Assembly (NCBI RefSeq): GCF_006345805.1
Contig: NC_042997.1
Span: forward strand, 29,140,001-29,204,000
Origin: Octopus sinensis
Lineage: Eukaryota
Reading direction: 5' to 3'
Length of the DNA stretch: 64,000 nucleotides
Positions 38,045 to 52,639 of this stretch are shown in pieces (within the stretch, counting starts at the first letter, position 1; every line of letters starts with the position of its first letter). The notes beneath the pieces are model-generated. The model did not search any database. It was given only the letters and a program-made list of their open reading frames with translations, and was not told the DNA's origin. Position numbers and translations under genes: made by a program.

Positions 38045-39375
38045 AAACCAACGTTTTCGAAGCCCGAAAGAAGCAGCTTTGTGGACAGTTCATTAGACTC
38101 AATACAAAGACAAATTTGGCCTTTCACCTTACGGAGGTGGAAAGTTGTTATGGTCAATTTTGCGAAAGGTCTTCAGATATTAAAAATTACGGCGTTGGTG
38201 AGTACAGATTATCTCCCCTAGACTAGTTTTTTGTGGAATAGAGATCTATTTCTGGGCCTGTTAACGGTCCGTAAGGACTCTTACGAGCTTAATTAGCGAA
38301 AGAAGAATCGTAGAATTGCAACGCGTAGCGCTTGAAATGGAATCACTGTGTACATATTTCTTGGGGGGTATTTAGCGAGCCAGGTTTAAGGGAGTCTTCA
38401 ATTATTCTGGTTCGTTCAGCTTTGCAGAGATTACAGCATCATCTCCCGTTGATGTAGGGGCCCGCCGGTTCTATGATCTTTCACTTGCTATTGTATGAGG
38501 TCCCTTGATCTTTGAGGCCCCACACATGCTTAACCAGGGATGTGAGGAATCGTGTTTCTGGAAGCCTGAGCAGTGACCGGTGGTTGCACAAGCGTTGCTT
38601 GAGTGCCGTGCCTATTGATCCGATCTATTTCCAACATTTGCATTACTGGTGCATCTCTGGTTGGCTCCGGTCCTGGAGATGTTGTTTTCACAGTCGTTGA
38701 TAGGACTGCAGGGCTCCGGTGGTTCTACATTGGCTGCTGCCATTGTGGTTGTTATCGTTGTGGCGGTTATATCTGGCTGTAGGATTGGCATTATTGCTGC
38801 CGGTGGTGCGGTGGATACCACACAGCCAGCATCCAAGCCTGGAAGTATTATCGGATCAACCACCGATCATCCTTCCAAGACCGAGACAGACAGTCCATCA
38901 AGTCCTGATGTGTGGAGCATCAGGTCTCAAGGGAACCCATACGATATCAAATGGGCAATCTTAGAAGGCATGGGCCCCTACATCAACAAGAGCGGACGTT
39001 GCAAGTTCTGCATATCCTAGACCTGGTTCGCTGAATAACTGTCCAGAAATATTCGTATAGTGTATCTATTTCAAACGTTACCTGCTGCAAAATTGAGATT
39101 TTTTTTCGGTGATTAAACACGTAAGAATCCTTTCGATCCGTCCGCAAGCCAAGGAATAGAACATTCTTCCCCAAATAGCTGGTCTAGGTGACACAACTCG
39201 TACTCACCAACGCCAGATGTTATATTCTCTGGGGTCTTTTTGGCCAGTTGATCGTAACAACTTTCCATCTCCAAAAGGTGTAGAGGTAAATTTGTCTGTG
39301 CATAAAATCTGATGAGGTGTCCACAAAGCAGCCGCTTTCGTGGATGACCAGACTTTAACTATAGTAATTTTATAA
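38045..39375. mobile_element. Second Penelope-like relic: inverted pair of GIY-YIG 3-prime ends with pseudo-LTR sequence
   Basis: Minus arm (38045-38630): IGSIGTALKQRLCNH..TSLVKHVWGLKDQG..PYING..CNLC. Plus arm (38905-39375): VWSIRSQGNPYDIKWAILEGMGPYINKSGRCKFC. Both share gtactcaccaacgcc and aacaactttcca.ctcc. Confidence 0.85.
39302..39373 (+). ncRNA. Degenerate type I hammerhead with extended stem II
   Basis: ATAAAAT CTGATGA GGT GTCCAC AAAGC agcc GCTTT c GTGGAT g ACC [AGAC instead of GAAAC] tttaactata GTA ATTTTAT. Confidence 0.6.
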
Positions 39376-41742
39376 ATGTATGTGTCAGTGTATATATGTA
39401 TGTATGTGTGTTTGTGTGCGTGTGTGTGTGTGTGTGTGATGTATAGTACATTGATTGATGAGTTGGAAAATTTCCGTGTATTAAGTTTTTGTCTAATCTC
39501 TGTTTATACTTGTTAATTTTCCGTTGATATGTTTTTGTCAAACTTATCTATTCAGCCTTTGAAATGGATACGTAACATAATATACTATATTCGTTTACAT
39601 AATTGTAAAAATACTCTTTCAATATTTATCGTGCATCTCTTATACTATCTATATCTTTCCTCTCTCTCGCTGTCAATCTCGCTCTCACTCTCTTTCTTTC
39701 CTACATGTTTCTCTTTCTCACTCTTTCTCTCGTTCTCTATCTGTAATTCCTCTCTGTTCTTCAGTCCTTCTACCCTCTACAACTCTTCCTCTCTCCTCCT
39801 ACCTTTCGAGACAAGCGGTCACGTCTCTCTGGATTTCTCTGTCACGTAGGTCTTTCTCCTGTTCATCTTTGCATTATAGCCCTGCAACAGTTTGATAGCC
39901 GAATGGCCTTGTTTTGTTGTATATGGTGTACATGTATAATCATAACTAATGTATAACCGAAAGGCCTTTTTGTGTTTTATTCCTTTTTTTATGTAAATGT
40001 ATAATTATCCTTTTTCTGTTGTATTAGTAGTGTCATTTTATTTTTATTTCTATACGTAAACTTGTTATATCTCTTAGCTTGACTTTCATATAATTGTCCT
40101 TGTATACATTCGGTACGTATTCCCCGAGGTTACTTTCTCTGGCGCTGCCAAAGACTGAGTGGTATCAATGTTTAAAAGCGCGAAACCACTAGGGTGTCTT
40201 GGAATTCACTGATGAGGAAAGAGTTGCAAATTGCCACATACTATGCTTTTGCATATTTCTCCGTTTGATTTTGTTTAATTTTGCATCGAATATTTCTTTT
40301 CAACCCTTAAAATGTAATTAATATATATGTGTCTTTGTGTGCATGTACATATATATATATATATATATGTAAAAGCTTCCGCTAAAAGTTAAGATTTGAT
40401 ACGTTAATACACATAATATTGTGAAGGTTGTATTGTCTTTTGAGATTTCGACACTCATTGATATTGCTTCTCAATTTCGTGAGACATTTTACAGTATTAT
40501 ACTAAGAATAAATAATGGATTTATGGCAACTGTACGCAAAATGCACCATAATGAATGTAAACGAAAATGACGTTGGATGTTATACTGAACAAATTTGCTT
40601 CAACTTGATTAAAGATTATCATTTTTATGTATATATGATATACAAGTATATATACACAATGTATGTTTATGTCTTTGTTTGTGCGTGTGTGCGTGTGTGT
40701 TTGTACGTTTTTATGTTTATGTGCGTGAGCGCTTGTGTTTTTTTTTCAATACATACTTCGGAAAAATTTTCCCTTTCCATAATTTTTGGAGCTGAATTTT
40801 CATATTTTCTTTTTTCAGTACCGGATAGTTTTTAATCATTATCCATCCTTTTATTATCGACCACTGAGTCCCTTTCAAATAATGAGGCTTTTTACGTAAA
40901 ACAAATATTTAATCTTCAAAACTGCAACCGTTTTATTGAACATAATTATTCGAAATACTTTTTTATGGTCTCTACATATATATAAGATAAGGAGCACTGG
41001 CACTAAGTGTGCAGCTTGTTCAATTATACTGAGATGTACAGTAATCATATATGTCGGTGTTTGGGACGACATTTTACGACAACATATTTCGTTTTCGAAT
41101 TATTTGCCAATAAATTTCACTTGAAGTAGTTTAAGGATATAAACCCCATATACTTTCAGCGTAATCCGTTTGGAAATCTTAATATTAAAACATCGTATAT
41201 ATTTAGTTCATATCTTCCATGCAAAACGATAAATGATATGATCTATACTCGGTAATAAATCTATTTGAAATGAAAATGATATAGAATCAGTATCCTGATT
41301 CATAAGTAAAGCAGGTAATAAAATAGTCCGGAACGATTATCCTCCAAATAGTTTCGAAACCTTAAATCATTCTTCATTGACATTGTGGTTTAAATAATGA
41401 GCTCGAAGAATCGTAAACGCATCGGAAATTAGTGTTTCCCTTAAATTACATCCTGAATTCATTCAATACCTACGAATTCAAGAAAACCATTCATCCATTT
41501 CAGTTCCTTAAAAGAAAAAGCTAAACATGTATTGCGCTGGAAATCATCGATTCATATACTCACCTTGATATAATTTCAGAGGTATAATTACAGGAAATAC
41601 CCATCGTTGCAAGTGTTTTCCTGAACATAGTTCTACTGTAAGTGAACGAGTATGAATGGGATTATTGTTCCACCGGATTTTATAGGAGATTGATACATCG
41701 TTTCCTACTAAAACTAGTACAACCTGGTGCCGGCCGTGCGCA

Positions 41743-41818
<76 letters not shown>

Positions 41819-42297
41819 GTTTAAAAAAGCAACTACAAACTAATATAGTTCTAACATTTGACAGAAACAGGGAAGCTAGATCGCTGGTTTAATGATGACA
41901 CATTTAGTAGAGTTAACAAAGGTATGTGGGTTCGTACCCCATGCAGTTGAGAAAGCTTAGTTTTCTTTCTGTCGAGGGCTTATATGCCCCATTATTAGAC
42001 TAGTTCCTTCGTCATTGCACGGTGATCTTTATAAGCTTTAATCAAGCAGGAATAAAAACAACAATCTTATGTTCATTAGTCCAACACCCAAACCAATTAG
42101 ACATGCGCCTCCACCAGATTTATAAACGTTCATGTAAATCGTTAAACATTAGTTTTTGAAAATACCTTCTCCGATTTCAGATTTAAAAGCAACAATTTTA
42201 ATTAAGCTTCATATGAGATTTTTCTCAAGATTTATCTTTTTGTGCCCACCAATAATTTTAATCATCCCTGGTGCTCTTTGTGTAGACTTTCTCACTC

Positions 42298-42660
42298 ATT
42301 ACCTACAGCTTAGCGAAAGCGGAGCTATTGTTTTCAATCGTGTTTGTTTGTTTGTTTGTTTGTTTGACCGTGGAAAATATATCTCAAAAATTGCTGGATA
42401 GATTCAAGTGATGTTTGACCTCGATCAGCGGCACGAACTGATTAGATTTTGGGATCAATCCGGTACCGGAGAAGAATTCTGGATTATTTTCCTTACTTTT
42501 TGAGAGCCGTCGGTTTCATTTTTAGCATTCTAGTTTGTAAGAGCAATCGAGTTTATTTCAGATATTCTCATTTTAAAAAGTGATCTCTGGCTAATAGTTG
42601 AGCAGATGTTGGTGTCGCCTTGACAGGGATTTCCGCTCTCTGAGTGCTCTTAGAATTGTT
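42298..42660 (+). mobile_element. Non-autonomous Helentron (HINE/DINE-like)
   Basis: Starts ttacct..gc..agcggagctattgttttc, has a (GTTT)n tract near the 5-prime end, ends ccgctctctgagtgctct..tt; no coding capacity. Confidence 0.7.
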
Positions 42661-43490
42661 TATATTTTAAGAAAATTAAGTTCATATGGTCGAAATATAA
42701 TACTCGATTAAGTTAGGTTTGGTTAAATAATATTGATTGAAAATACTATACATCAAAATCTCTTGCCGTATACACCGTATTATCTGCAAAACTCTTCCAT
42801 AAAACTCTATTTATATATTGTAATAGGCTGTTACAATAGTATATTGAATGCCATTTGATCAACGTGCAAATCAGTTTAATCCCATAATCTCAAAATTTAT
42901 CTCTCCTAATTCGCTGTCTTAATAAATAACGATTGATTTATTATTGCAAATGTCCACATCTTTTCATGTCGATCACAATCTGGACGCAAGCCACCGTATA
43001 ACCCTAACAGTTTCTCTTTCTCCACTATTTGTCTTTCTTTCTTTGCATGGTCTCTACCGATTACCTTGCGGACAATCAATCTTGTCCCTACAACGTCTTC
43101 TTTAATCCCCCGCCCCGTTTATTTCCTAACTCTTCTCCCAGCCCCACACGTATTCTTACAACCACTACTACCAAGTATGTAGCAGATTTCATTCCAAATA
43201 TATTTCACTCGTGATACAATGGTTAAGATACCACTTCAATTCTCAATTTTTACATTGTATTGTTTATATTCTTGTCTATGCATGTGACAATAAACACACA
43301 TGTATTATAGCTTCAAATGCACACCACACACAAACACATGCGCGCACGTGCATTTGTGTGTGTGTGCGCGTGTATGTGTGTGGCATCTATGGGTGTGTAT
43401 ATATATATGAATATATATATTATATATATATTATATATATATATATACAGACGTATAACATATACATGTATGCATGCATACATACATACA

Positions 43491-43542
<52 letters not shown>

Positions 43543-43845
43543 ATACATAAAGATATGTGTCTGTGTGCTTGCGTGTGCGCGCGCAACTGTCACTAAATTA
43601 CTATTCGCGATGAAGTTTTATTGCTTCAGTTGGTGAGCACAGTATTGAAACTAGTATTGATTTTCATAATAGAGATTCTGGTCTTCTCGAAATTTAAAAA
43701 AAAGGTTATCTTGTCAAATAATATATTGCCGGTACACGAAAGTTCACCACTTTTACCGACAACGGTTGTGAAGAGAGTATTATTCACAAAACATAAATCT
43801 GTCATTATAATTCGTAAAAGAGAGAAAACTTACAAATATATAACT

Positions 43846-44205
43846 TAACCACGTGGTTCCGGGTTCGGTCCCACTGCGTGGCACCTTGGGCAAGTGTATT
43901 CTACTATAGCCTCGAGCCGACCAAAGCCTTGTGAGTGGATTTGGTAGATAGAAACTGAAAGAAGCCCATCGTATATATATATATATATATATATACATGT
44001 GTGTGTGTGTTTGTGTGTGTGTCTTTGTTCCCCCAATATCGCTTGGCAACCGATGCTGGTGTGTTTACGTCCCCGTAACCTAGCGGTTCGGCAAAAGACA
44101 CCGATAGAATAAGTACTAGTACTAGGCTTACAACAAATAAGTCCTGCGGTCGATTTGCTCGACTAAAGGCGGTGCTCCAGCATGGCCACAGTAAAAGAGT
44201 AAAAG
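43846..44205 (+). mobile_element. CORE-SINE family 2
   Basis: ggttccgggttcggtcccactgcgtggcaccttgggcaagtg... through ccagcatggccacagt. Confidence 0.9.
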
Positions 44206-44866
44206 AGTAAACAAATAACTTAAAACACTAGCACAGTCGTTTCCTATGTTTACGAAAAGCAGTTCGTTACAATTAATTATATAACAATTATGAAGTAGGA
44301 AGACATTGTTCTTTTCCCCCAGGCGTCATTTGCTTAGTGATGCATATTAAATTGCGGATGTTTTGTCTGAAACTAAGTTCTATGACATTTTTCGTGAGTC
44401 CGTTTAATATACTTTAGACTCTCAGTGGAAAGAACTCTGCTTAAACCACTATATTCTTTGAGGAATATGGGCTTTGAAACTCTATGAATTTAGCACAAGA
44501 GCGTCAAAGCCATGCATCGTGAAAAAGAAAGGCAGTAAAGCTATTTGCTGAGGAATCACAAATTGACAAGAATACACGGATTGAGTGTATTGTATATATT
44601 GTACCATGTATATATTACACTTATATATATACATAAGACTTTGCTGCGTAATAGGATAAAAAATCTTATATACACACGCTGAGGTAGAACCAAAGTTGAA
44701 CCATTTATTCGCAATATTACCGAATCTGGAACTTAACTAAGGTTTGTCTATAGCACTTATTCAGCATTACCTGACAGCTTTGGCTCTCACTGACACCATT
44801 ATCTCTTATATATATATATATATATTCATACCCACACATATATATATATATATATATATATTCATT

Positions 44867-44970
<104 letters not shown>

Positions 44971-45651
44971 TGTGTTCGTGTGTGCGAGTGAAAATATAAT
45001 ACATGTGTGCATGTTTTGGTTTTTCTTTTCTTTGTTGGTATAGACAAGATTGTCATGTCTGCTTCGGATAATGCTCTCAACGTTTGTGCTCGTGGATTCG
45101 ATATCAATGCCCTCTGTGGTTTTTAAGTCAATTGTAGATGATGCTCATTCAGAAATGTCAGGAAGGTGATAAAAATAGGTTATTCTGCTTAAAAGTGCGT
45201 GTCGTATGACGTGACTACGCATAGGTCACCAAGATATAGAAGCAATGAGTGCAGCCAACACCATTCCGGTTGTTAATCTAAAGTTGATTGAATGAAAGAG
45301 AGAGCTCTATGAACGTTCACGCATATACTGAATTTCATACAGAGCGATCATCTAAAAGAGAGAATAGTGATGAGTAGAATCCATAAAGTAGTAGAATTCA
45401 CAGGAGATTGTCATGAAAGACAGTGATATAATGTGCATAAAAGCTGATTGGACGCAAATCATAATGATTCATTTTTTTTCACCAAGAATACGCTAAACAA
45501 GAAATAACACTGTTTGCATTTGTCTACATATGTAAGTTGAGTCAAAAGTTCATACATGCAATCTGCATTACAATGCTACATATAAATGCATTATCACAAT
45601 CGCATGAAGTGGAACAAACACACATATATAATGAAATACTTAGCTACAGAA

Positions 45652-45695
<44 letters not shown>

Positions 45696-45791
45696 CAATA
45701 TATAATAATATATACATGTGTGTTTGTGTGTATGTGTTTTTGTATTATGTATGTATGTATCCATGTACGTATATTTATGTATATCTGTATA

Positions 45792-45832
<41 letters not shown>

Positions 45833-45844
45833 GTATATGTATAT

Positions 45845-45932
<88 letters not shown>

Positions 45933-47624
45933 GTATGTATATATATATATATATATATTCTTGCATGTGTTCGATTGAATGCCCATCTATTGTTATGTGA
46001 ATTATGTGATTTATAACTAATGTTATCTCTATAATATTCCATAACTGGTTTTCAGCGCCTCATCTATCTTCATTAGGTGAGTTAAATAAATATAGCCTTA
46101 GACAACCAGTTACCTCATAAATCAAGCACTTCTCACTTTATTTCTAGTAGAAATCTTCAGTAATAGTATTTAGGCTTATTGTACATAATTATATAGGAGG
46201 CTTACTAATATACAGGAAGACAAAAACGCGTATGTATACAGAAACATGTGTGTGCATGCATGTGTGAGTGTTTGAGTGTATGTGAGTGAATGTGTGAGTA
46301 GGTGGGTGAGTGAGTGCGTGAGTGAGTGAGTGAGTGATTCTGTCTGTCAGTCAGTCAGTGTGGGTCCGTGACTGAGGGAGTGATAGAGAGAGCGAGAGAG
46401 AGAAATGTCGACGGTAATGCAATTTCCTTCGAACTTTTACGTTAGCTAGTTAAGTGTCTTTCGCTTGTCTCACCGTTAGAGAATCAAATTTTCTTTCCCT
46501 GTTGCATATGTTCTGTAAAGTTTAATATGGAGGCTACTTAATAATGCAATTTGCGTATTGGCTCTGACAGAACCATCAGTAAATAAGTAAATTTCTCGGT
46601 GCTAACGGTACAGAATAAGGAAGAAATATCTAAGATGCGGTGGCATAATAACACTAGATTTTCCATCTGAAAGTAAAACATGTTTGATCACTGAGGTAAC
46701 AGATAAAGTTTTTTATATATAATAAAGGGCAACGAAGAAGAAAAGAAACAGAAAACATTATAAAATATTATAAAAATGCAGAGAGAGTCCATGGTGTAGA
46801 TACAACGGTTGATTAAGCTTTAGGAGGACGAATTTCTGAAAAGTCATGGAAAACCATTTACAGGAAAGATAAATAGTGAAAGTTCAATGATTTCTTGCGG
46901 ATAGCTGGGTGGAAAGGATGAGCAGTTGGTTATAGCAAAACGCCTGTGATATTTTTGATATATGGAGATGTGTAGGAAATTGTGAGATAATGTTAAATTA
47001 ATACATTAACTATAGAAAGTAAAACAAAATGTTTCCGTATAGGGCGAGAGCGAATGATATTATAATTTTCGATTTAAAGAACTACGATGTGCTCTAGATG
47101 GCTGCCAATGAATAGGATGTTTAAGTAATTATATAATGTAGGAGAAACAAAATAAATGTGTATGCTCTTTACTCTACAAATTCCTCAAATTCAGTTAACA
47201 TAACCTGATAGAAGTTATCTCAACTATAATGGTAAATTAAACAGAAGCACACTGCATGATCAAAATGTCTGACGTAGTTGATGTTGGTTCTTTTCTTAAT
47301 TAGTAATAATACAAATCTGCTGGCAATCACTAAGGTTCTAACTAATAATCAGTTATTTTTCTTAGTTGGTTGAGAAATAATTTTCTTTATGTATTATGAC
47401 TATGATCAGCTCAAAGGAATATTAATTATAATAAGCATAAGGTCTTCAATGGGTAGCGAAGCAAAATGCTTGAGTTAGGCAAGTATGTGGCAAAAAGGAT
47501 GGGTGTAAGAAGGATACACACACTCACAGACACACACACAAACACGTGCACACACACGCGCGCGCACACACACAGATATATATATATGTGTGTGTGTGTA
47601 TGTGTGTGTATATATGCATATATG

Positions 47625-47681
<57 letters not shown>

Positions 47682-47682
47682 G

Positions 47683-47729
<47 letters not shown>

Positions 47730-47762
47730 TATATGTATATATATGTATATATATTATATATA

Positions 47763-47804
<42 letters not shown>

Positions 47805-48099
47805 AGAGGGAGACATAGATAGATAAATATGTATATATAGATGGGAATATATGCAAGTTATTCCTAATCTCTCTCTTTCTCTCTTGAAGACATATATACA
47901 CACATATATAAGCACACCTCCCCTTCAGTTTCCACCATCTTAACCATAACCCGCGCCACTTGCCTGACCCTTAAGAATGCTAGTATCAGCTCTCATTTCT
48001 CCAAAACACACACCTTTCATAAATTTCTCCCTCTTGCTTAATCCTTGTTTTTATCTAGTCCCCCACCTCAGTTTCTTGCCCACTTCTTTTAATTCTCTA

Positions 48100-48520
48100 C
48101 CGCAACAGTGCGAAATACTCCAAACTTGAAGCACGCGGCTCGTTCCTCTCTTTCATCAAGTCCTTCCGTTCCACCCTCGAATTCTCGTCTTCTGTCTCTA
48201 CTACTGCTGTCCCTCGACAATTCTATTACCATCTACCACTCTTCTTTTATCAGTTCTATCCACCATAAACCCACAGACTCCCACTCTTATCTCAGCTTTT
48301 CCTCCTCCTATCCTACTCACCTTTCCAACATACTATCACCTACTACATCACCGACTTTTTCGCCTACACCTTTGGAAACGTAATTTAACGCATCCACTAT
48401 TTTGTCATTCCCTTCACATTGATCAAATTGACCGGCGCTTAGCTGATCGGTTTGCTAACAATCTCAGGTACATCAATTGTTTTGACAAAGGAAAGAATTT
48501 CACTCAGCCAACTCAACCCG
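48100..48520 (+). pseudogene. Third Penelope-like fragment (RT C-terminus joined to a GIY-YIG remnant)
   Basis: SFIKSFRSTLEFS..LDNSITI..SIHHKPTDSHSYLSFSSSYPTH, then NVI*..HIDQIDRRLADRFANNLRYI. Confidence 0.7.
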
Positions 48521-49700
48521 GTTCTCGATTATCAGAATTTGACTGGAATTTACATTCTCAGTAATTTATTTCAAAAAAATCATGAATGCATCTGCGTTGC
48601 TGTATGTATGCATATATATATAGGTGTATGTGCATGTATGTATGCATTCATATATGTTAATTAAATTTGTTTGACTGCAACTTAACGGTTTCTAGATTCT
48701 TCACCCTCATAAGTTTCTACTATACTTGGGTTCCTGTTGGATATGTATAGAGTTTTGGTGCCGTGTTATTCCGAATAGTTGCAGCTAAATGAATAACAAT
48801 AAGACTGGTAAAACCGTTATATAGGAAGTTGAATAGAAAACTCTGGGGGAAAATTATTCTTGTGTTTGCTGAGACTTAATAGAAATTTGGTTCAGGATAT
48901 ATATTATTGTTTATTGAAATGATATTATCAATGTTTGTTTTCGTCAATCGCGAAAGTAAATATGAACAGAGTTTGGTCAAATTCAGGCTGCAAAATTCTT
49001 TGTATGGAAAGACGGATTTTGATCGTACGTAAAACAGTTCATCAAATATCTCAAGATACATTGATGTTGAAATGAATTTGGTGCTTAGGTTTCGGGAGGC
49101 TATGTTTTAAATGATTATTAAGGATTCCTTGTCTGTTTCGATTCTAGATATTTATATGTATATTATTTTTCTGTAGACGAATGCATGCATCTAACTGGAT
49201 AGTATTACATATACATCCAAATGAATGCCAAAGGATGTTACATTTTACCGTGAGTAAACACTTCTTTCGGGAGATATGTATGGATAAACAATATATAAAT
49301 CAACAAAGGTATATATACATATTTCTACACGTAGCTATATGTATACGTATGTGTGTGTAATTCAAGAACGGAGCTCATCAGTCCACGTGTGCGTATGTTC
49401 GTGCGTGTGTATGTCTTTGTGTGTGTGTACGTGGGTAATGTTTTATAGATATGTATCTGCATGATGTCCGTAGTCTTGCCAGCTTAAATGATTTTCCGTT
49501 ATGTAATAAATTTAACGCTGGGCTAATGAAACCTGCGTAAGATTTTCTCGTTAAATATCTCATAGGAAGCTTCACGTTAACATCTTCTTTCCTAAATATG
49601 TTTCCTGCAGCACTCAAACCGGGACCAGTCAAGTAAGATTGAAATTATAATACACAGAATGTAATTCACACACAAATATATATGTATGTATATGTGTGTG

Positions 49701-49752
<52 letters not shown>

Positions 49753-49757
49753 TATAT

Positions 49758-49788
<31 letters not shown>

Positions 49789-49789
49789 T

Positions 49790-50160
49790 ATCGTTGTGTC
49801 TGGGGAGAGTCATTCCCTTTTTGTACCTTATTATTAAATACACACACCGGTTCAGCTGCCACTAATCTACCTCTTTAACTTTGTCTTAAATTTTCTTTGC
49901 GTGTGGCAACCTTTTGAGTGTGTCCGTTCTCAAGGCCACTCAGAGAACGGACAGAGTCAACGACTACTGAAAAGGTAACAAGGCGCAACAAAAAGTTTAG
50001 CACAAAAAAGGAAATAAGGAAGTAAATCAGTGGAAACTGAACGGTGAGTGTATTAAAGAATAATGCACAAAAGCAGAATGACTATCCCCAGTCACATCAA
50101 AATATGCTTCAACACACGAACTCGCATAAAGAATCTTACAAACCAAATCCAGAAACGAAA
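49790..50160. repeat. Fold-back repeat centred near 49935
   Basis: tgtgtctggggagagtcattc..tacacacaccggttcag against ctgaacggtgagtgta..gaatgactatccccagtcaca; central tgtccgttctc/gagaacggaca hairpin. Confidence 0.75.
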
Positions 50161-50608
50161 CATATATATATATATATATATATATATCTATATATATATA
50201 TATATATATATATGAACGGCAAAATGTCTGCGTTTGTCCTTTATACAAATCTACAATATGGTCATTCAAAAGCGTCCAAGGTGTCGTGCACATCTTTACA
50301 GTTATCCAGTCACCCCGCAAAGCGTTGCAGAGTCATAGTGCTAGTACATATATATGAAGGTAAAACAAAATATGGGTGAGAGACATATCTTGTAAAACCT
50401 GAAACCTGCAGTTACCACATTATCCTTTTCCGGGTGTTTCATCTTTCAGATGTTCTCCCTGGAGGTAAGACGGTTTTTTTCTCTAAGTTGTTGCACACAC
50501 GCATTTTTGCTAATACATACGCGGTGAAGCTACACATTAGCGTCGTATTTTTACGTTCGCTATTTCCAGTAAATATCGGTACTTAGTTGTGCCATTTATT
50601 TACTAATT

Positions 50609-50655
<47 letters not shown>

Positions 50656-50675
50656 TATATATATATATATATATA

Positions 50676-51022
50676 CAGGGTGATTCAAATGTCTCCATAC
50701 ATACGAAACAATTTTTTATAAGGAACAGTTTATAAGACCCCCTTGATCCCTTAATCTGATTCCTCTTGATTTCTATCTTTAGGGGACATTTGAAAGGCAT
50801 GGGGTATCGCGAAATCATTTGAAGGAACGCATCACCAACTCATTTGCACAAGTATCACCAGAAGTGGTATTACGAGTTCAAAATGAGTAGTGTAAATGTA
50901 TTGCAATGCGTATTGAAAACAATGGTAACCACATAGAGCCTGTCAAATATAAGAAACTGTTCTTATAAACTGTTTCTTATAAAAAAGATAAATCGTTCCT
51001 ATGTATGGCGACTTTTGAATCA

Positions 51023-51027
<5 letters not shown>
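50676..51027 (+). mobile_element. Internally deleted Tc1/mariner-superfamily element (MITE-like, maT/rosa type)
   Basis: TA|CAGGGTGATTCAAATGTCTCCATACATA and tatgtatggcgacttttgaatcacc TIRs; residual DL.PLDFYL.GHLKGM..LKERIT..NGNHIE. Confidence 0.85.
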
Positions 51028-51088
<61 letters not shown>

Positions 51089-51849
51089 TGTGTGTGTGTG
51101 TATGTATGTATGTATGTATGTATGTATGTATGTATTTATGTATGTATGTATATATTCTCTTTTACCTGTTTCAGGCATTTCACTGCGACTATGCTGGTGC
51201 ACCGCCGTAAAGGGTTTTTAGTGGAAGAAATCGACCCCATGACTTATTCTATCGGAATTTTTGCTAAAAGAGCTAAAAGAGAATCTGGGAGACCCAGTCA
51301 AATGCATTTCAATATATATTTGAAGAGGAATAAAATTATGCAAATTATGCAGCAAGCATGTATATAAGTGAAATAACTAAATAAAAAAATGATCATGTAG
51401 AACAATTTATGGTAGTTATTTTAACCCACAAAAAGTGGACGAAGGGTTTAGCATTTTAGAGTTTGCTACTAGAAGGCATGTGACTGTGCGCTTCAAAAGT
51501 GGATTATGTTGACATTACACACGGATACTGTAACAACAGGTATAAACACATCTAACACGTTATTAGTAAATGGGAAACAATTATTCGGACAAAGAGCAAA
51601 TATGGAATTGTAAAATGTAATCGATCTTAGAATATATCATATGAGGAATCATATCTTCTCCATCTGTAATGGTTTTATCATTTTATCAGCTAAGAGTTGC
51701 CCAGATATTTGTATTTTGAGATAACAACCTCAAATTCGTCAGCTCTATATGACATAATATAGAAGCGCTGAAGCAATTATAAAAGAAAAAAGAATAAGTA
51801 AGTATATTTATGTAATACTGTTCTATATTTAATAGATGAGAAATTATGT

Positions 51850-51978
51850 ACATTATTTATATTATTTACATTTGACGAATATTTGTCCTTATCTGGAGAG
51901 TATATCAACCGAAACGTTGTGTTAGCAACAAACAAGATGAGGACGAATATCCGTCAAATGTAAATAATGTAGAAATGT
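51850..51978. repeat. Short fold-back derived from the repeat family at 63535
   Basis: attatttacatttgacgaatatttgtcctt / gaggacgaatatccgtcaaatgtaaataat arms around ..ccGAAACGTTgtgtt. Confidence 0.75.
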
Positions 51979-52639
51979 ATTTATGTAATGATTGTACAAA
52001 TTTAAAAGAATAAGACGTAATTGTATATTAAATGGAATACATATACTGCAGTAACGATGCATTATATTTCTACATAAAAAGTGAAATAAGCGTCATAAAT
52101 ATTTTAGATTTCACAGTACTAATCTTTAATGAACTCTATCTTCACAGGACACTGAATTAATGAAGTAAAATATACAGGATGATATAAAGCAACGTGTGAC
52201 TATAGTATATACGTGTATTTGTAAATATATTTTTACCACGGAGAATAGGAATCAGCTTACTTATAAAGTTGTTAAAGTAAACTTGAATAATAATTTAACA
52301 ACATATTACAAATAGTTATAAAGTAGTACTTGGATCACATCAACAAATAAGTTCACTAACTTCGATTAAAAGAATAAAATATATGTCGTTAGAAATTTAG
52401 AAGCATATGCCACAAAACGAAAATAAATAAAATGGAAAAGCATGTGACGTGTGATTACAGAATATTGTACAAGAAATTTAACAATGAAAGATATCAACAA
52501 TGTCTAATGCCTGAGATAAACATGGTACAAAAAATAAAACATAATTGTTGATTTCGAAGTACAACACTCGGTGTTGACGCTGTAATATTATTAATTGTAT
52601 AAGAAGATCGTTGACTTCCAGTACGAAATCAACAAATAC

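Noticed and set aside
40150-40202. AAGA-CTGAGTG..GAAAC-C..G-GTG-TCTT hammerhead-like shape
   Set aside because: Stems I and III pair, but the core has two changes, the triplet is GUG and stem II is weak; at most a fossil
46605-46670. Strong minus-strand acceptor (ttttactttcag) with a ~60-nt frame
   Set aside because: Ambiguous donor and too short to support without RNA data
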